Shown: positions 17,506 through 28,944, numbered from the stretch's first letter. The stretch: DNA of 64,000 bases from an uncultured Gammaproteobacteria bacterium (GCA_964635715.1 CAZWNZ010000002.1:104009-168008), one strand, 5' to 3'. The notes: generated by a model from the sequence alone, not told the origin. Program-made: numbers and translations.

Positions 17506-20500
17506 TTAGGAAGATTTTCTTACATCAAACTGTCCTTCTTCAATATTGGAAATTTGAGCCTTTTTCTGCATCCACTGAATAAGTTTATTACTCGAGGGAA
17601 CTTTTTCAATTTTTACATCAACCTTTTGAGTAAGATTTAAACCCAAATTCTTTCTTTTTTCCTGTATCTTTCTAACAATATCCCGAACATCAGCTTCCTC
17701 TTTTAATTCTGGTGTGATTTCTGAGTCCAACTCTATTTTGTCCGAACCGCCCAAAAGTTCGATCGATTTAATATTAATTTCGCTTTCTGCAATTCTCAGA
17801 ACTTCTTCTGAAAAACTATCTTTTTCTTGTCCATATACTTTAACTTTTGAAAGTGGCTGTCTAACAGGGATTCCCAACTCTTTCCGTTTGGCATGAATTT
17901 TTTCGACTATGTCACGTATTTTCTGCATCTGCTCAAGCAAATTTTGCCCATCTATACTTAGTGCTGAAGATTTTTCCGGCCAGTCGGCAAGATGAACTGA
18001 TAATGCACGGGTCAAGTTTGTGAATAAAACATCTGACAAATAAGGCATAAAGGGCGCCAGAAGTCTACTTAGAGAATATAAAACATAATAAGTGGTCGAA
18101 TAAAAAGCATTTGCATCCTTTTCGGATTCCTTGGCTGGTCCAACCCTGTCACGCGAACGTCTTATATACCAAATTGACAAATCGTCTATAAATTTTTCGA
18201 TTTCCAACGAGGCTGTAGCTGCATTAAATTTTTCCAATTCCTCAGTAACCGTGTTAATTGTTTGATTAAGACGAATTAGGATCCATTTATCTAAAATGTT
18301 GGATGTTCTTCCCGGTTTTTTGTGGATTCCCGGTGTCCAATTGTCCAAATTGGCATATGATATGAAGAAGTTATAAACATTCCAAAGTTTCAAATGAACT
18401 CTGCGTCTAACCTCATCAGCTGATTTGTATCCAAATAGCATGTTATCTGCAGGGTTAGCCCGCACAAACATCCACCTCATCACATCGACTCCAATTTTAT
18501 CGGCACCTTCATTAAATTCAATGGAATTACCCCAACTTTTATGCATAGCTCTGCCGTCTTCTCCCATGAGAGTTCCAAAACCAAGTACTGTTCTGTAAGG
18601 ATTCATATCTTCTAAAACAGTGCTCATTGCTATAAGCGCATAAAACCAGTTCTTAAACTGTCCCGGAAAACTTTCAGTAATAAAATTAGCAGGGAACCAT
18701 TTCTGCCATTCCTCTTTATCGGAAAGGTACATCGGCTTTGTTTTTGTAGGTTTTAAACCGCAGGCTTTGTTATCTTTACTTATGGTAGAAAATGGTACAA
18801 TGCCGGCATCAAGCCAGGGATTTCCAACAGGTTCAATTCTTGATAGGATCGAGTCACAATTTGAACATTTTAATTTTATTTTGTCTATTTGCGGTTTGTG
18901 AGGTGATTTTCCTTCAAATTCATCCCAACCCGTTACTGCTTTTTCTTTTAGCTCATCTCTTGAACCAACTACTTCAAAATTATGGCACTTTTTACATTCC
19001 CAAATCGGAAGGGCAAGACCCCAATATCGATTCTTTTTGCTAATTAACCAATCGTGCATATTAGTTAACCAATCCATTTCGCGATCAAGTCCAAATTCGG
19101 GAATCCAGTTCATCTTTTGGGCAACAACTTTCATTCTTTCTCTTAACGTCCTCGTATCAGGTTCTGTCTTTATTCCCTCATTGTCTTTATTCCAATCCTC
19201 TTTTGCCCCTTGATCTAAAACTTTTGCCGGTTTGTCCATTGCTATATACCACTCATCAGCTATTTTCCAAACCAGCTCTGTTTTACATCTCCAACATGCA
19301 GGATATCTGTGAGTACAAATTTCAATTTTATAGAAATAGTGTGAACCTTCTTCATCAAGTTTCTTAAGAAAATCTAGAATAAGTTCAGGGTGTTTTTTAC
19401 CATTTTGCCCTGACAAAAACCCAAGATTTTTCAGATAGGACGCATCATCTTTTATTACCTCTATTACTGGTAAACCGAGTTTTTTACCCAGTTTAAAATC
19501 CTCCGCACCTGAAGATGTTGCTATGTGGACCATACCTGTTCCCTCTTCAACATTTATCGGAAGAATTAAGTCATCTGTGGCTATTACAGTGTGAAACTTG
19601 TCGTTTCTGACCACTTCGGCAACAGCCGGCAATTCGTCGAACGCACCTTTATATCTCAATCCAACCAATTTAGAACCTTTGGTTGTTTTCAACTCTTTAT
19701 TTTTTACTCCTGCGAAAATTCTTTCTTTTGCTCCTTTGGCCACCCAATATTTTCTCTTTCCAATTTCAACAAGAGAATAATCAAGATCGGAATCTACAGC
19801 AACAGCCACATTTGCCGGTACAGTCCAGGGTGTGGTGGTCCACACCATAAGATACTCATCTGTCTGACCAATAATCGGAAACGCAAGAAAAACAGAATCG
19901 TGAATAAGTAGTCTATAATCCTCCGTCAGCATTTCGTGTTGAGAAATGGCAGTCTCACACCTGGGACACCAAGCTACAGCGTCCGAGCCCTTATAAACCC
20001 ATCCTTTTTCATAACATACCTTGAGAAAACGCCAAATCATATAATTATTGTCCTCACTTAATGTGTAATAGGAATTATCCCAATCCATAAAATATCCCAA
20101 GCGCTTGCTTTGTTCTGTCTGAATTTCGGAGTATTTCTTAACTCTGTCGCGGCAATGTTGGACAAACTTGTCAATACCATATTCCTCAATATCCTTTTTG
20201 CTTCGAAAACCAAGTTCCTTCTCAACTTCCACTTCAACCCAAAGGCCTTGGCAATCAAAACCATTTTGAAAGCGTTGAGCGTAACCTTGCATATTTTTAA
20301 ATCTTTGCCAGAGATCTTTATACGTACGCCCCCATGCATGATGAACACCCATGGGGTTATTGGCCGTTATTGGTCCATCCATAAAACTAAAATATTTTTT
20401 TGAATTTTTATTACGGTTAAGGTATTTTTTAATAATCCCCTTCTTCTCCCACTTCATATAAACGCTTTTCTCCAGGTCGGGGAAATTAACTTGCAGATTT

Positions 20501-20526
20501 ACAGGATCAAAATATTGTTTTTTCAT
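17506..20526 (-). CDS. ileS: isoleucine--tRNA ligase (type 2-like)
   Basis: Class I aaRS: HIGH-region variant ...PITANNPMGVHHAWGRT...; KMSKS variant AMHKSWGNS; the WYIRRSRDR motif is typical of IleS type 2; 1006 aa. Confidence 0.75.
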   Translation of the reverse strand: MKKQYFDPVNLQVNFPDLEKSVYMKWEKKGIIKKYLNRNKNSKKYFSFMDGPITANNPMGVHHAWGRTYKDLWQRFKNMQGYAQRFQNGFDCQGLWVEVEVEKELGFRSKKDIEEYGIDKFVQHCRDRVKKYSEIQTEQSKRLGYFMDWDNSYYTLSEDNNYMIWRFLKVCYEKGWVYKGSDAVAWCPRCETAISQHEMLTEDYRLLIHDSVFLAFPIIGQTDEYLMVWTTTPWTVPANVAVAVDSDLDYSLVEIGKRKYWVAKGAKERIFAGVKNKELKTTKGSKLVGLRYKGAFDELPAVAEVVRNDKFHTVIATDDLILPINVEEGTGMVHIATSSGAEDFKLGKKLGLPVIEVIKDDASYLKNLGFLSGQNGKKHPELILDFLKKLDEEGSHYFYKIEICTHRYPACWRCKTELVWKIADEWYIAMDKPAKVLDQGAKEDWNKDNEGIKTEPDTRTLRERMKVVAQKMNWIPEFGLDREMDWLTNMHDWLISKKNRYWGLALPIWECKKCHNFEVVGSRDELKEKAVTGWDEFEGKSPHKPQIDKIKLKCSNCDSILSRIEPVGNPWLDAGIVPFSTISKDNKACGLKPTKTKPMYLSDKEEWQKWFPANFITESFPGQFKNWFYALIAMSTVLEDMNPYRTVLGFGTLMGEDGRAMHKSWGNSIEFNEGADKIGVDVMRWMFVRANPADNMLFGYKSADEVRRRVHLKLWNVYNFFISYANLDNWTPGIHKKPGRTSNILDKWILIRLNQTINTVTEELEKFNAATASLEIEKFIDDLSIWYIRRSRDRVGPAKESEKDANAFYSTTYYVLYSLSRLLAPFMPYLSDVLFTNLTRALSVHLADWPEKSSALSIDGQNLLEQMQKIRDIVEKIHAKRKELGIPVRQPLSKVKVYGQEKDSFSEEVLRIAESEINIKSIELLGGSDKIELDSEITPELKEEADVRDIVRKIQEKRKNLGLNLTQKVDVKIEKVPSSNKLIQWMQKKAQISNIEEGQFDVRKSS

Positions 20527-20593
20527 CTAAAACGATTTCTATGAAGTCATTTTATCACGACAGGAAGCTGCGTCCAAGATCCCGTCTGGCTGT

Positions 20594-20851
20594 TTAATTT
20601 GACGGGCATGAATCTTCTAAAATTCTGACACAAGAATCTTTTGACTCACACCAGGAATAACCCGCAGACTCAATACAGCCATGTTCATCTTCAACATTAC
20701 TTATCCGTTGAACAGGACTGGATGTCCGAAAAAGAGCATTTTCAATCGAAGCAGAAACTTCCGGAGTTTTTTTAATGAAGCGGTTAAGTAGCAAGCCTAA
20801 TATACCAAACAGTATTAAAACTATTATTTTCTTCATAATTAAATATATCAC
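20594..20851 (-). CDS. small secreted Cys-containing protein (hypothetical)
   Basis: Signal peptide/TM followed by a 4-Cys C-terminal segment (HGCIESAGYSWCESKDSCVRILEDSC). Confidence 0.3.
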   Translation of the reverse strand: MIYLIMKKIIVLILFGILGLLLNRFIKKTPEVSASIENALFRTSSPVQRISNVEDEHGCIESAGYSWCESKDSCVRILEDSCPSN

Positions 20852-20853
20852 AA

Positions 20854-21135
20854 CTAATTCAAGTTGTTTTTACCCGTGTGGATCTTCCCCTCAGACATAG
20901 CCAAGAGTTTTCCAAGTTCATTAACAAATTTTTTAGCATGATCTCTGCTCATTCCCACCCTGGTAACAACCCTAACTTGATTAGTTGAACCGACCTTTTG
21001 ACCTACATCCAAAACTACACCGTCCGAATTGGCTGTCATATAAATATTGTCCGTGTATAGAATAGGTGTCGTATCCAAATTTAAATTAATTTGTTGAGTC
21101 TGTTCTTTTTTATTTTTGTCATCCATAAATATCAC
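20854..21135 (-). CDS. DUF3467-like small protein immediately downstream of ftsZ
   Basis: ...VRVVTRVGMSRDHAKKFVNELGKLLAMSEGKI... recalled as resembling the DUF3467 consensus (RVVMSP.HAKRL...). Confidence 0.4.
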   Translation of the reverse strand: MIFMDDKNKKEQTQQINLNLDTTPILYTDNIYMTANSDGVVLDVGQKVGSTNQVRVVTRVGMSRDHAKKFVNELGKLLAMSEGKIHTGKNNLN

Positions 21136-21213
21136 CTCCTTATCACATTGTATATCAAAAATTAAAGATTAATTCATTTGGTGACTATCAAGATGTATTA
21201 TTGCCTACTATTT

Positions 21214-22374
21214 TTAGTGGATTTTACGAAGAAATGCAGGAATTTCAAACTTTTCTCCAAAAATATCATCTTCTTTACCCTGATCGCCATCCTCTTCAAT
21301 AGGCTCTTTTGAAGATTCATCATCACGTGTGGAAAGATTTACATTCGGCTCGCTAACAACCCCTTGGATTACAGGTTTTTGAATAGTTGCTTGACTCATC
21401 TGTGCCAAACGGGAACGTGTTTCGTCAAATCCTGTAGCAATAACTGTAATTTTCACCTGATCCGAAAGTTCTTGCTTAATGACAGATCCAAAAATGACAT
21501 TGGCATCAGGATCTGCAGCAGAGGATATAATTCTAGCAGCCTCGTCAACCTCAAACATGGTCATATCATTACCGCCGGCAATATTAAACAAGACTCCACG
21601 GGCTCCCTCGATGGAAAGATCTAAAAGAGGTGAGGAAACGGCGGCTCGGGCGGCCATTTGAGCCCTGTTTTCTCCAACACCTGTTCCTATTCCCAAAAGT
21701 GCAGATCCTGCGTCCTTCATAATCGTCTTTACGTCGGCAAAATCCACATTAACAAGACCGGGTGTAGTGATAATATCGGCAATACCACCAACACCTTGAC
21801 CTAAAACCGAATCAACAACTTTAAAAGCCTCAAGAAGCGTCATTTTTCTATCAATAACATCCATAAGCCGTTGATTCGGAATAACGATCAATGTGTCCGT
21901 CGTCTCTTTAAGTTTCTCGATTCCATCTTCTGCAGCAACCATTCTGCGAGTACCTTCAAAAGCAAAAGGTTTGGTGACAACCCCTATTGTCAGAGCACCC
22001 GCTTCTTTCGCAAGCTGAGCAACGACCGGAGCAGCTCCAGTCCCTGTTCCACCACCCATACCTGCAGTAACAAAAACCATATCAGTGTCTATTAGCAATT
22101 CTTTTATTTTCTCGGCAGATTCTTCAGCCGCTTGTCTACCAACTTCAGGGTTACCACCCACACCTAAACCTTTAGTTAGTTTTTCACCAATTTGGAGCTT
22201 TGTTGGTGCTTTGTTATTTAGAAGAACCTGAGCATCTGTATTAACCGCAATAAATTCAACACCACTAATAATACCGCTTTCTATCATCGAAGAAATGGCA
22301 TTTCCACCACCGCCACCAACTCCAATTACTTTAATTTTAGCTATTCTTGCAGAATCCGGTTTAACCAATGCCAT
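21214..22374 (-). CDS. ftsZ: cell division GTPase FtsZ
   Basis: Tubulin signature [13 protein letters not shown] and the full FtsZ core. Confidence 0.95.
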   Translation of the reverse strand: MALVKPDSARIAKIKVIGVGGGGGNAISSMIESGIISGVEFIAVNTDAQVLLNNKAPTKLQIGEKLTKGLGVGGNPEVGRQAAEESAEKIKELLIDTDMVFVTAGMGGGTGTGAAPVVAQLAKEAGALTIGVVTKPFAFEGTRRMVAAEDGIEKLKETTDTLIVIPNQRLMDVIDRKMTLLEAFKVVDSVLGQGVGGIADIITTPGLVNVDFADVKTIMKDAGSALLGIGTGVGENRAQMAARAAVSSPLLDLSIEGARGVLFNIAGGNDMTMFEVDEAARIISSAADPDANVIFGSVIKQELSDQVKITVIATGFDETRSRLAQMSQATIQKPVIQGVVSEPNVNLSTRDDESSKEPIEEDGDQGKEDDIFGEKFEIPAFLRKIH

Positions 22375-22452
22375 AAGTTTATAAATCTATAACAGTCCGT
22401 ATGTGGCAGAATTGTACCTTGGGCAGAAGAAAAAAACAAGCATGGGCATGCC

Positions 22453-23715
22453 CTAAGGTAACAAATTTTTTATACTATCAATCAATTTTCCAAACATTCC
22501 AACTGTGGGTAGTTTTACCTTTTTTGAGAAACTTGTCAAGTTCTCAGAAGGTGTCTGCTTTGCTCCGTGAAGAAGAAGTCCAACACAAGTTGAAAAAGAT
22601 GGTGTGATTACATCATCAACCAAACCTCCAACACCCTTAGGAAGACCTATCCTGACCGGTACAGACAACACTCTTTTTGCGGAATCCACAACTCCGGCTG
22701 TCTCAGCTCCTCCACCGGTAATTATGGCTCCTGAAGGAATCCGATTGGAGATTCCTTCTTTCTCCAACTCAAGTTTGACCATTGAAAAAATTTCATTCAG
22801 ACGCGGTCTTATGATACCCTCAACAAGAGTTTTTTTAGATATCTTTCTTATTTCAGTAATATTCAATCCGGCAAGATCCAATTCGTCGGTTTCTTCCTGA
22901 TTTTTCTTTTTCTTCTCGGATAAAGCAATTTTTATTTTTTCTGCTGTTTCAAGGGAGACCCTGAGTCCGATTGCTAAATCATTGGTGACATTTTTGGCTC
23001 CGATAGGAATTACCCCGGAATAGGCAATTGAACCATCTATATAGGCAGCTATCGATGTCGTTCCTCCTCCAATATCTATTAATATACAACCAAGCTCTTT
23101 TTCCGTTGATGTAAGCACAGCTTCGGCAGAAGCAAGCCCGGAAAAGATCATCTCCTCTATTTTTATACCAACTTCATTAACAGCCTTTTTGGTATTTTTT
23201 AAAGCAGCCCCAGCTGCCGAAACTATATGTGTGTCAACCTCAAGCCTAACACCACTCATTCCCACAGCATCGCGAATTCCAGATTCCCCATCAACAATAA
23301 ATTCACGCGGTACAACAAAAATTACTTCTCTAGAAACCGGTAAGGATACTGCAGAAGCAGCTTCGATGGCGCGATCCACATCATTTTCAGTAATCTCTCC
23401 ATTCTGATCCGAAACAGCGACTACACCATGAGAATTTTGTGAATGAATATGTGCTCCTCCGATTGCAACATAGGCAGTATCGAGATTATATCCTGCCATC
23501 CGCTCTGCAGCCTCAATTGAAGATATTGTCGCTTCGACTGCTTCTTCTATATCGACTATTTGACCTTTCTTTATTCCTTTTGATTCCGATTGAGAAGCAC
23601 CAACAATATTTACAGAGGTTTCGCCTGTAACAGGGTCGGAGATCACCTGGCTAACCAAAGTGGCTATTTTACTCGATCCCATGTCTATGGCTGCAACAAT
23701 TCTTGGTTTACTCAT
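22453..23715 (-). CDS. ftsA: cell division protein FtsA (actin-like ATPase)
   Basis: N-terminal phosphate loop AAIDMGSSKIA; 420 aa; position upstream of ftsZ. Confidence 0.9.
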   Translation of the reverse strand: MSKPRIVAAIDMGSSKIATLVSQVISDPVTGETSVNIVGASQSESKGIKKGQIVDIEEAVEATISSIEAAERMAGYNLDTAYVAIGGAHIHSQNSHGVVAVSDQNGEITENDVDRAIEAASAVSLPVSREVIFVVPREFIVDGESGIRDAVGMSGVRLEVDTHIVSAAGAALKNTKKAVNEVGIKIEEMIFSGLASAEAVLTSTEKELGCILIDIGGGTTSIAAYIDGSIAYSGVIPIGAKNVTNDLAIGLRVSLETAEKIKIALSEKKKKNQEETDELDLAGLNITEIRKISKKTLVEGIIRPRLNEIFSMVKLELEKEGISNRIPSGAIITGGGAETAGVVDSAKRVLSVPVRIGLPKGVGGLVDDVITPSFSTCVGLLLHGAKQTPSENLTSFSKKVKLPTVGMFGKLIDSIKNLLP

Positions 23716-23727
23716 TTTTAGTTATTA

Positions 23728-24399
23728 TTATCTTAATACAGGATTTTCATATCGCAAGTCAATCTGCGAATAAGATTTTCCTTCGCCTACATTTTGAATA
23801 TTTGAATATACAAGTCTCAACGAACCCAAAAGTATATCTTCATCAGCTCCCACTAAAGGAAATAGTACTCTTATTCCCCCCGGCAGATCAACAAGCAAAG
23901 TATCTGTTTCGATAGTTCCTGTACTAATTTGATACATTTTATTAACGCCATTAATTAAATTTAGTGCTAAAAGATTTTTATTGTTTACTTTCGAACCAAC
24001 ATCCGGCAAATCCTCAGCGAGTAATACTACCGGTAATTCAGTGTTATCGGAAATTGCCAATACAGTCCCCTCATTATCCACTAAAGCGAAACGGCCTGAA
24101 TTTTGATTTTTAAGGGCAAACACTGATTTTTTGACAGTTAGGTTCACACTCAAAATGTTTGGAAGTTTAAACTGAATAGTATATTCTGAAATTAAAAAAT
24201 TCGATTCCAACTCTTTTTTTAGATGTCGTTTCGCATAATGCATTTTTTTGCCCTCTAAAGGTACCATTCCTTTAACAACTTCCGAAGTACATTTACCATA
24301 TTGGCTTTGACATTCGATTTTGATTGGAATTAAAAATCCAGGAAGAACAAAAATCAATATTACCAGAACTAGGATTATTGATAAAATTATTTTTTTCAC
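23728..24399 (-). CDS. ftsQ: FtsQ/DivIB-like cell division protein
   Basis: N-terminal TM followed by a POTRA-like periplasmic domain; sits between murG and ftsA. Confidence 0.5.
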   Translation of the reverse strand: MKKIILSIILVLVILIFVLPGFLIPIKIECQSQYGKCTSEVVKGMVPLEGKKMHYAKRHLKKELESNFLISEYTIQFKLPNILSVNLTVKKSVFALKNQNSGRFALVDNEGTVLAISDNTELPVVLLAEDLPDVGSKVNNKNLLALNLINGVNKMYQISTGTIETDTLLVDLPGGIRVLFPLVGADEDILLGSLRLVYSNIQNVGEGKSYSQIDLRYENPVLR

Positions 24400-25499
24400 T
24401 TCATAAAACCATTAATTAAATTAACAAGATTTTTAGCGGCTTCAGAATCTAAGCTTTTTTTATTTTTTACGCTTTGTTCAATTTCCGGAATTTCTTTAAT
24501 CAGTTTATCTATTTCTGTTAGTAATTTTTTGGGAGTTAATTTGTCCTGTGTGATTATGTGCGCAATTCCCCACTTTTTGGCAATTTTTGCATTTTCCATT
24601 TGTTCATTAAGATAGCTTATCGGTAATGGTATTAAAATCGCAGGGCGTTTGATCAACATAAGTTCGGATACTGTATTTGCACCTGATCTGCTGACAACAA
24701 CAGACGCCCGAGAATAGATATCTGACACATTTAGCGGATTGACTCTAATGAAGACATCGTAGTTATTCCGCAAAGCCATAGGCAATTTTTGTTTAATCTC
24801 CGAAAATTTTAAATAATCAAGCCCACCTGTCTGATGGATAACTTTATACTTTGTCAAAAGGGGTCTTAAAATCTGTCCGACAGCATTATTGATATTCTGA
24901 GAACCGCGTGAGCCTCCTGTAATATAAATCACAGGTATGTCTTTTTTTCTGTAAATCTTCTTGACCGATTTTATTTCCTGCATAATCGGATTGCCTGTAA
25001 CAACACATTTTGATGCAGGAAAATATTTTCCACTCTCACTCCTGGCAAGCGCAATTTTGGTGGCAAACCTGGAAGAAACCAAATTTGCCCTTCCTGCAGC
25101 AGAAGTTTGTTCATGAATGACAACGGGAATACCCAAAAGTTTTGCATTAAAGACAACGGGAAAAGAAGCGGAACCACCAAAAGATAATACTGCTTTTGGT
25201 TTAATTTTGATCAAATAATAAAAAGATTGCAAAAAACCTATTGGAATTTTCAAATATGACGGTATTGTATAAATCGTAAATTTTCGTTGAAGTCTGCCTG
25301 TCGTCAAAGACAGAAATTTCACTCCTAACTTAGGAAGAACTTCCGACTCCAAAGTGACTATCTTTTTTCCCTCGATTGCATTTTTAACTCCAATCCAATA
25401 GAGTTTCCAATTCTTATTTTGAGATTTTATTTCCTCGGCAACAGCAACAGCAGTTGTTGCTGCGTGGCCACCCGTAAACACCAGTTTATTTCCGTTCAT
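24396..25499 (-). CDS. murG: undecaprenyldiphospho-muramoylpentapeptide beta-N-acetylglucosaminyltransferase MurG
   Basis: N-terminal FTGGHAATT... G-loop; GT28 architecture; position in cluster. Confidence 0.85.
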   Translation of the reverse strand: MNGNKLVFTGGHAATTAVAVAEEIKSQNKNWKLYWIGVKNAIEGKKIVTLESEVLPKLGVKFLSLTTGRLQRKFTIYTIPSYLKIPIGFLQSFYYLIKIKPKAVLSFGGSASFPVVFNAKLLGIPVVIHEQTSAAGRANLVSSRFATKIALARSESGKYFPASKCVVTGNPIMQEIKSVKKIYRKKDIPVIYITGGSRGSQNINNAVGQILRPLLTKYKVIHQTGGLDYLKFSEIKQKLPMALRNNYDVFIRVNPLNVSDIYSRASVVVSRSGANTVSELMLIKRPAILIPLPISYLNEQMENAKIAKKWGIAHIITQDKLTPKKLLTEIDKLIKEIPEIEQSVKNKKSLDSEAAKNLVNLINGFMK

Positions 25500-26592
25500 T
25501 GTTCGTAAACTTCGATATGTTAAGTAGTATACCGCATGCAGAGAGAATCATCACCAAACTGCTTCCGCCATAAGAGATAAATGGTAATGGAATGCCTGTA
25601 AGTGGAACCAGAGAAACCATAGATGCGATATTTAAAAACGCCTGGCCTCCAATCCAGGCGGAAATTCCGACAGCTAAAACGCTTGAGAATTTGTCCGGTG
25701 CTGCCTTGGCAATTTTAAGACCTCTCATAACAAAAAATAAAAATAAAGATATTATTATTAACGCTCCAATTAATCCCAATTCTTCAGCTATAACTGCAAA
25801 GATAGAATCCGTTGAGGCTTCAGGTAAAAAAGAATATTTTTGACGCGAAGCTCCAAAACCAACACCAAAAATCCCTCCTGAACCTAAAGCCAAAAGTACT
25901 TGACGAATATGATATGAAGCACCCAAGGGATCGGAAGTACTCTGAAAAAAGGTTGTTAATCTGGCTTTCCTATAGGGGGAGGATAAAATTAAAATAACCG
26001 TTCCAATAATTCCTACAACTGCAGATCCCACGACGTATAATAAATTGACATCTGCAACAAAAATTTGAGAGAAACCGATTAAGAGAACAACCAGCGTGGT
26101 TCCTAAATCCGGTTGCAACATGATAAGACCAGCAACAAGTACTAGTGGAATAAAATATGAAAGAGCTGATTTTCCCTTTGAGGCTACTTTTGCAAAATAT
26201 ACACAAATTGTGAACTTAACTATTTCGGATGGCTGAAAATTTATAAATCCAAAACTTATCCAACGTCTTGCTCCCAACGCAGTCATCCCAAAACGTTGAA
26301 GTAGTACTAATATCAAAAGACCTAAAGAAACAAAAAATAAAGGTGTTGCAAGCTTTTCCCAAATAGTATATTTTATCCTGGAAATAATAAAAAAGATCAC
26401 AAAACCGATTGCTGCTGAAACGGCTTGTTCCTTCAATAGAAAAAATTTGTCTCCGTAATTATTTAACGATTGAGGGGCTGAAACATCCGCTATGGCTATG
26501 ATCCCCAATACAACTAAAGCAATTATCAAAAAAAATAATTTTTTATCGAATAACTTATTCTGTTTTAAAAGCGTTGTTTTACGTTTTCTCAC
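25486..26592 (-). CDS. ftsW: SEDS-family lipid II polymerase FtsW
   Basis: SEDS signature ...DPLGASYHIRQVLLALGSGGIFGVGFG...; located between mraY and murG. Confidence 0.8.
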   Translation of the reverse strand: MRKRKTTLLKQNKLFDKKLFFLIIALVVLGIIAIADVSAPQSLNNYGDKFFLLKEQAVSAAIGFVIFFIISRIKYTIWEKLATPLFFVSLGLLILVLLQRFGMTALGARRWISFGFINFQPSEIVKFTICVYFAKVASKGKSALSYFIPLVLVAGLIMLQPDLGTTLVVLLIGFSQIFVADVNLLYVVGSAVVGIIGTVILILSSPYRKARLTTFFQSTSDPLGASYHIRQVLLALGSGGIFGVGFGASRQKYSFLPEASTDSIFAVIAEELGLIGALIIISLFLFFVMRGLKIAKAAPDKFSSVLAVGISAWIGGQAFLNIASMVSLVPLTGIPLPFISYGGSSLVMILSACGILLNISKFTNNERK

Positions 26593-26603
26593 TTAAAAAT
26601 AAA

Positions 26604-27653
26604 CTACATTGTTGCCAACCAAAGCCCAAACACTGCCAAAAGAAGACCTAATATCCACGCACGCATCACAATTTTAGGTTCTTTCCAACCCTTTGCTAAA
26701 AATGTGTGATGGATTGGAGCAAGTGGAAAAACAGGTTTCTTAAAAAATTTCCAACTTAGAATCTGGATAAGAGAAGATGCTATTTCCATAACAAATATTC
26801 CTCCTATAACAACAAGGGCTAATATTTTCCCTGTGACAAGCCCAACAACTGCCAGCATTGCTCCAAATGATAGCGCACCCGTGTCTCCAAGAAACAATCT
26901 TGCAGGCCAAACATTGAAATACAAAAAAGCGAAAAGTGCACCTATCCAAAGAGAAATGAAGAAAAGTAATGGGGTATCCAACCCTTCTATGGCAATTACA
27001 CCAAATACCCCAAGACAAATTATTAAAAGACCCGCAGAAAGGCCATCAAGTCCGTCTGTTACATTAAACGCATTTGAAAAAGCTACGATCACAAACGCAG
27101 AAAAAGGTATATACCATATTCCCAAATCCCAAACGATATCAAAACCAGGAATGTTAATAATGTGTACTCCCAAATAGGAGTAAATCAGATAGCCAATAAA
27201 AAAACCCAAAATCCATTGGAGTATAAACTTTTGTTTACGTCTCAATCCAAACCAAAGACCCAAAACTCCTCTGGTTGGCTTTGCAAAAATTTTCAAAAGA
27301 TCATCAGACAAACCCAGAAGTCCGAACGATATAAACGAGAAAAATATTACAAATAGTTCGGCTTTTAGCGAAAAACTACTTCTTACATAAAGACCCATAT
27401 GGGAAGCCAGGGAGAAGGAAAAAACGAACAGTAAAGTAACAAGCATAATTATCAAAACACCTCCTCCGACAGGTGTACCAACTTTAATGTCATGAAGCTT
27501 ATCAAAAAGGGGAACTTTTCCATGCTCGGGAGCTTCCTTTTTTCTGGTTAAATGAAGTTTATAAAGTAAATTAATAAAAGGGACTATCAAAACGATACAA
27601 ATAAGAAAAGAGAAGATTATAAGGCCCAAACTCAAAGTTAAATAATTTGTCAT
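26604..27653 (-). CDS. mraY: phospho-N-acetylmuramoyl-pentapeptide transferase MraY
   Basis: NAFNVTDGLDGLSAG motif; 10 TM segments. Confidence 0.9.
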   Translation of the reverse strand: MTNYLTLSLGLIIFSFLICIVLIVPFINLLYKLHLTRKKEAPEHGKVPLFDKLHDIKVGTPVGGGVLIIMLVTLLFVFSFSLASHMGLYVRSSFSLKAELFVIFFSFISFGLLGLSDDLLKIFAKPTRGVLGLWFGLRRKQKFILQWILGFFIGYLIYSYLGVHIINIPGFDIVWDLGIWYIPFSAFVIVAFSNAFNVTDGLDGLSAGLLIICLGVFGVIAIEGLDTPLLFFISLWIGALFAFLYFNVWPARLFLGDTGALSFGAMLAVVGLVTGKILALVVIGGIFVMEIASSLIQILSWKFFKKPVFPLAPIHHTFLAKGWKEPKIVMRAWILGLLLAVFGLWLATM

Positions 27654-27699
27654 AACATGATCTAGATTAGATTATATGCTTGCGTGAAAGAAGAGGCAA

Positions 27700-28929
27700 T
27701 TATATCAATTCTTCAACTAACTTATCTAAACGAATTGAACGTGACCCCTTCACAAATAGGGCCGTATTTTTATTCAAAAATGGTTTGATTATTTCTAAGG
27801 CTTCCGAATAATCTTTCGCCAAATAACATTTTCTATCACCAAGGATTCTGCTTGCCTCCTCCACGATAAATTTTGCAGAATTACCTACTCCCACCACAAT
27901 CTCAAATTTCATCGTTCCTACCTTTCTACCCAGTTCTTTATGAAATGATTCTTCATATTCACCAAGTTCCAGCATGTCTCCGATGACTGCAATTTTTGTT
28001 CTCTTGGCAGCAACTATTTTAAACGTATCCAAGGATTCACCCAAAGCCTTTGGATTACTGTTGTACGTGTCATCAAATATGATGCCATAATTAATACTTT
28101 TTTGTACATTAAGTCTGTGTTTGGGAGGCTTGAATAATTCAACACCTCTCTCAATTTTGTTCAAATCTACGCCTAACGCATCAGCTACAGCAGCGGCAGC
28201 AAGGGTATTGCTAACAAACTGTTTTCCTAAAGCGCATATATGAATATCTTTTGTACCCGAACTAGTTTTCAGAGTAAAATAAGTACTCGAGTCTTGTTTA
28301 TATTTGATATTTGCAGCAGATATTTCAGCACCCTGCCCGAAATATACTATTTTTGCTTTTGTTTTTTTACCGACGGCGCAAGCGAGCTTGTCTTCTTTAT
28401 TCAAGACCGCAACTCCATTGGCAGCAAGCGACTCAACCAGTTTGCCTTTTTCACAGGCAACTCCTTCTGTATTTTCCAAAAACTGCGTATGAGAAAAAGA
28501 TATGTTGGTTATTACCCCGACATCAGGTCTGGCTAGCCAAAGATAGTAATCCATTTCGTTTTTATATTCGACAGACATTTCCAAAACCAAATATTTTGTC
28601 TTAAATCCGGCTTTCAAAATAGTATTCGGGATATTATAAACAGGATCTATCCCTTGAGCCGATTTAACTGTTCTGCCAGATCTACTTAAAATTGAGGACA
28701 GAATTTCTGTGGTCGTGGTCTTCCCTGTACTACCCGTAATTCCGATTACCACAATATCTGTGTGTTTTTGTAAAAACTTTAAATATGCGCGTGCCAACCT
28801 TCTTTTTATTGGATGAGTTAACCATTGAGAAATAAAATTATGTTTAGCAAAAACATCTTCCGGAGGGAGTTTTGGAGTAACCCACCATTTGATGAGCCGT
28901 CTAATTTTTTTAGGATGCATATTTTTCAT
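27700..28929 (-). CDS. murF: Mur ligase, assigned as UDP-MurNAc-tripeptide--D-Ala-D-Ala ligase MurF (short N-domain)
   Basis: P-loop VIGITGSTGKTTTTE. murC, murD and murE are identified elsewhere in the cluster, leaving murF; position next to ddl and mraY. Confidence 0.7.
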   Translation of the reverse strand: MKNMHPKKIRRLIKWWVTPKLPPEDVFAKHNFISQWLTHPIKRRLARAYLKFLQKHTDIVVIGITGSTGKTTTTEILSSILSRSGRTVKSAQGIDPVYNIPNTILKAGFKTKYLVLEMSVEYKNEMDYYLWLARPDVGVITNISFSHTQFLENTEGVACEKGKLVESLAANGVAVLNKEDKLACAVGKKTKAKIVYFGQGAEISAANIKYKQDSSTYFTLKTSSGTKDIHICALGKQFVSNTLAAAAVADALGVDLNKIERGVELFKPPKHRLNVQKSINYGIIFDDTYNSNPKALGESLDTFKIVAAKRTKIAVIGDMLELGEYEESFHKELGRKVGTMKFEIVVGVGNSAKFIVEEASRILGDRKCYLAKDYSEALEIIKPFLNKNTALFVKGSRSIRLDKLVEELI

Positions 28930-28944
28930 TCTACAACAACAGTC

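Noticed and set aside
20527-20593. Shared 8-mer AGATCCCG between the ileS upstream spacer and the mraZ upstream spacer, plus a CCCGTC/GACGGG hairpin
   Set aside because: A single shared 8-mer in 64 kb is expected by chance. The hairpin is not followed by a T-tract and is not convincingly a terminator.
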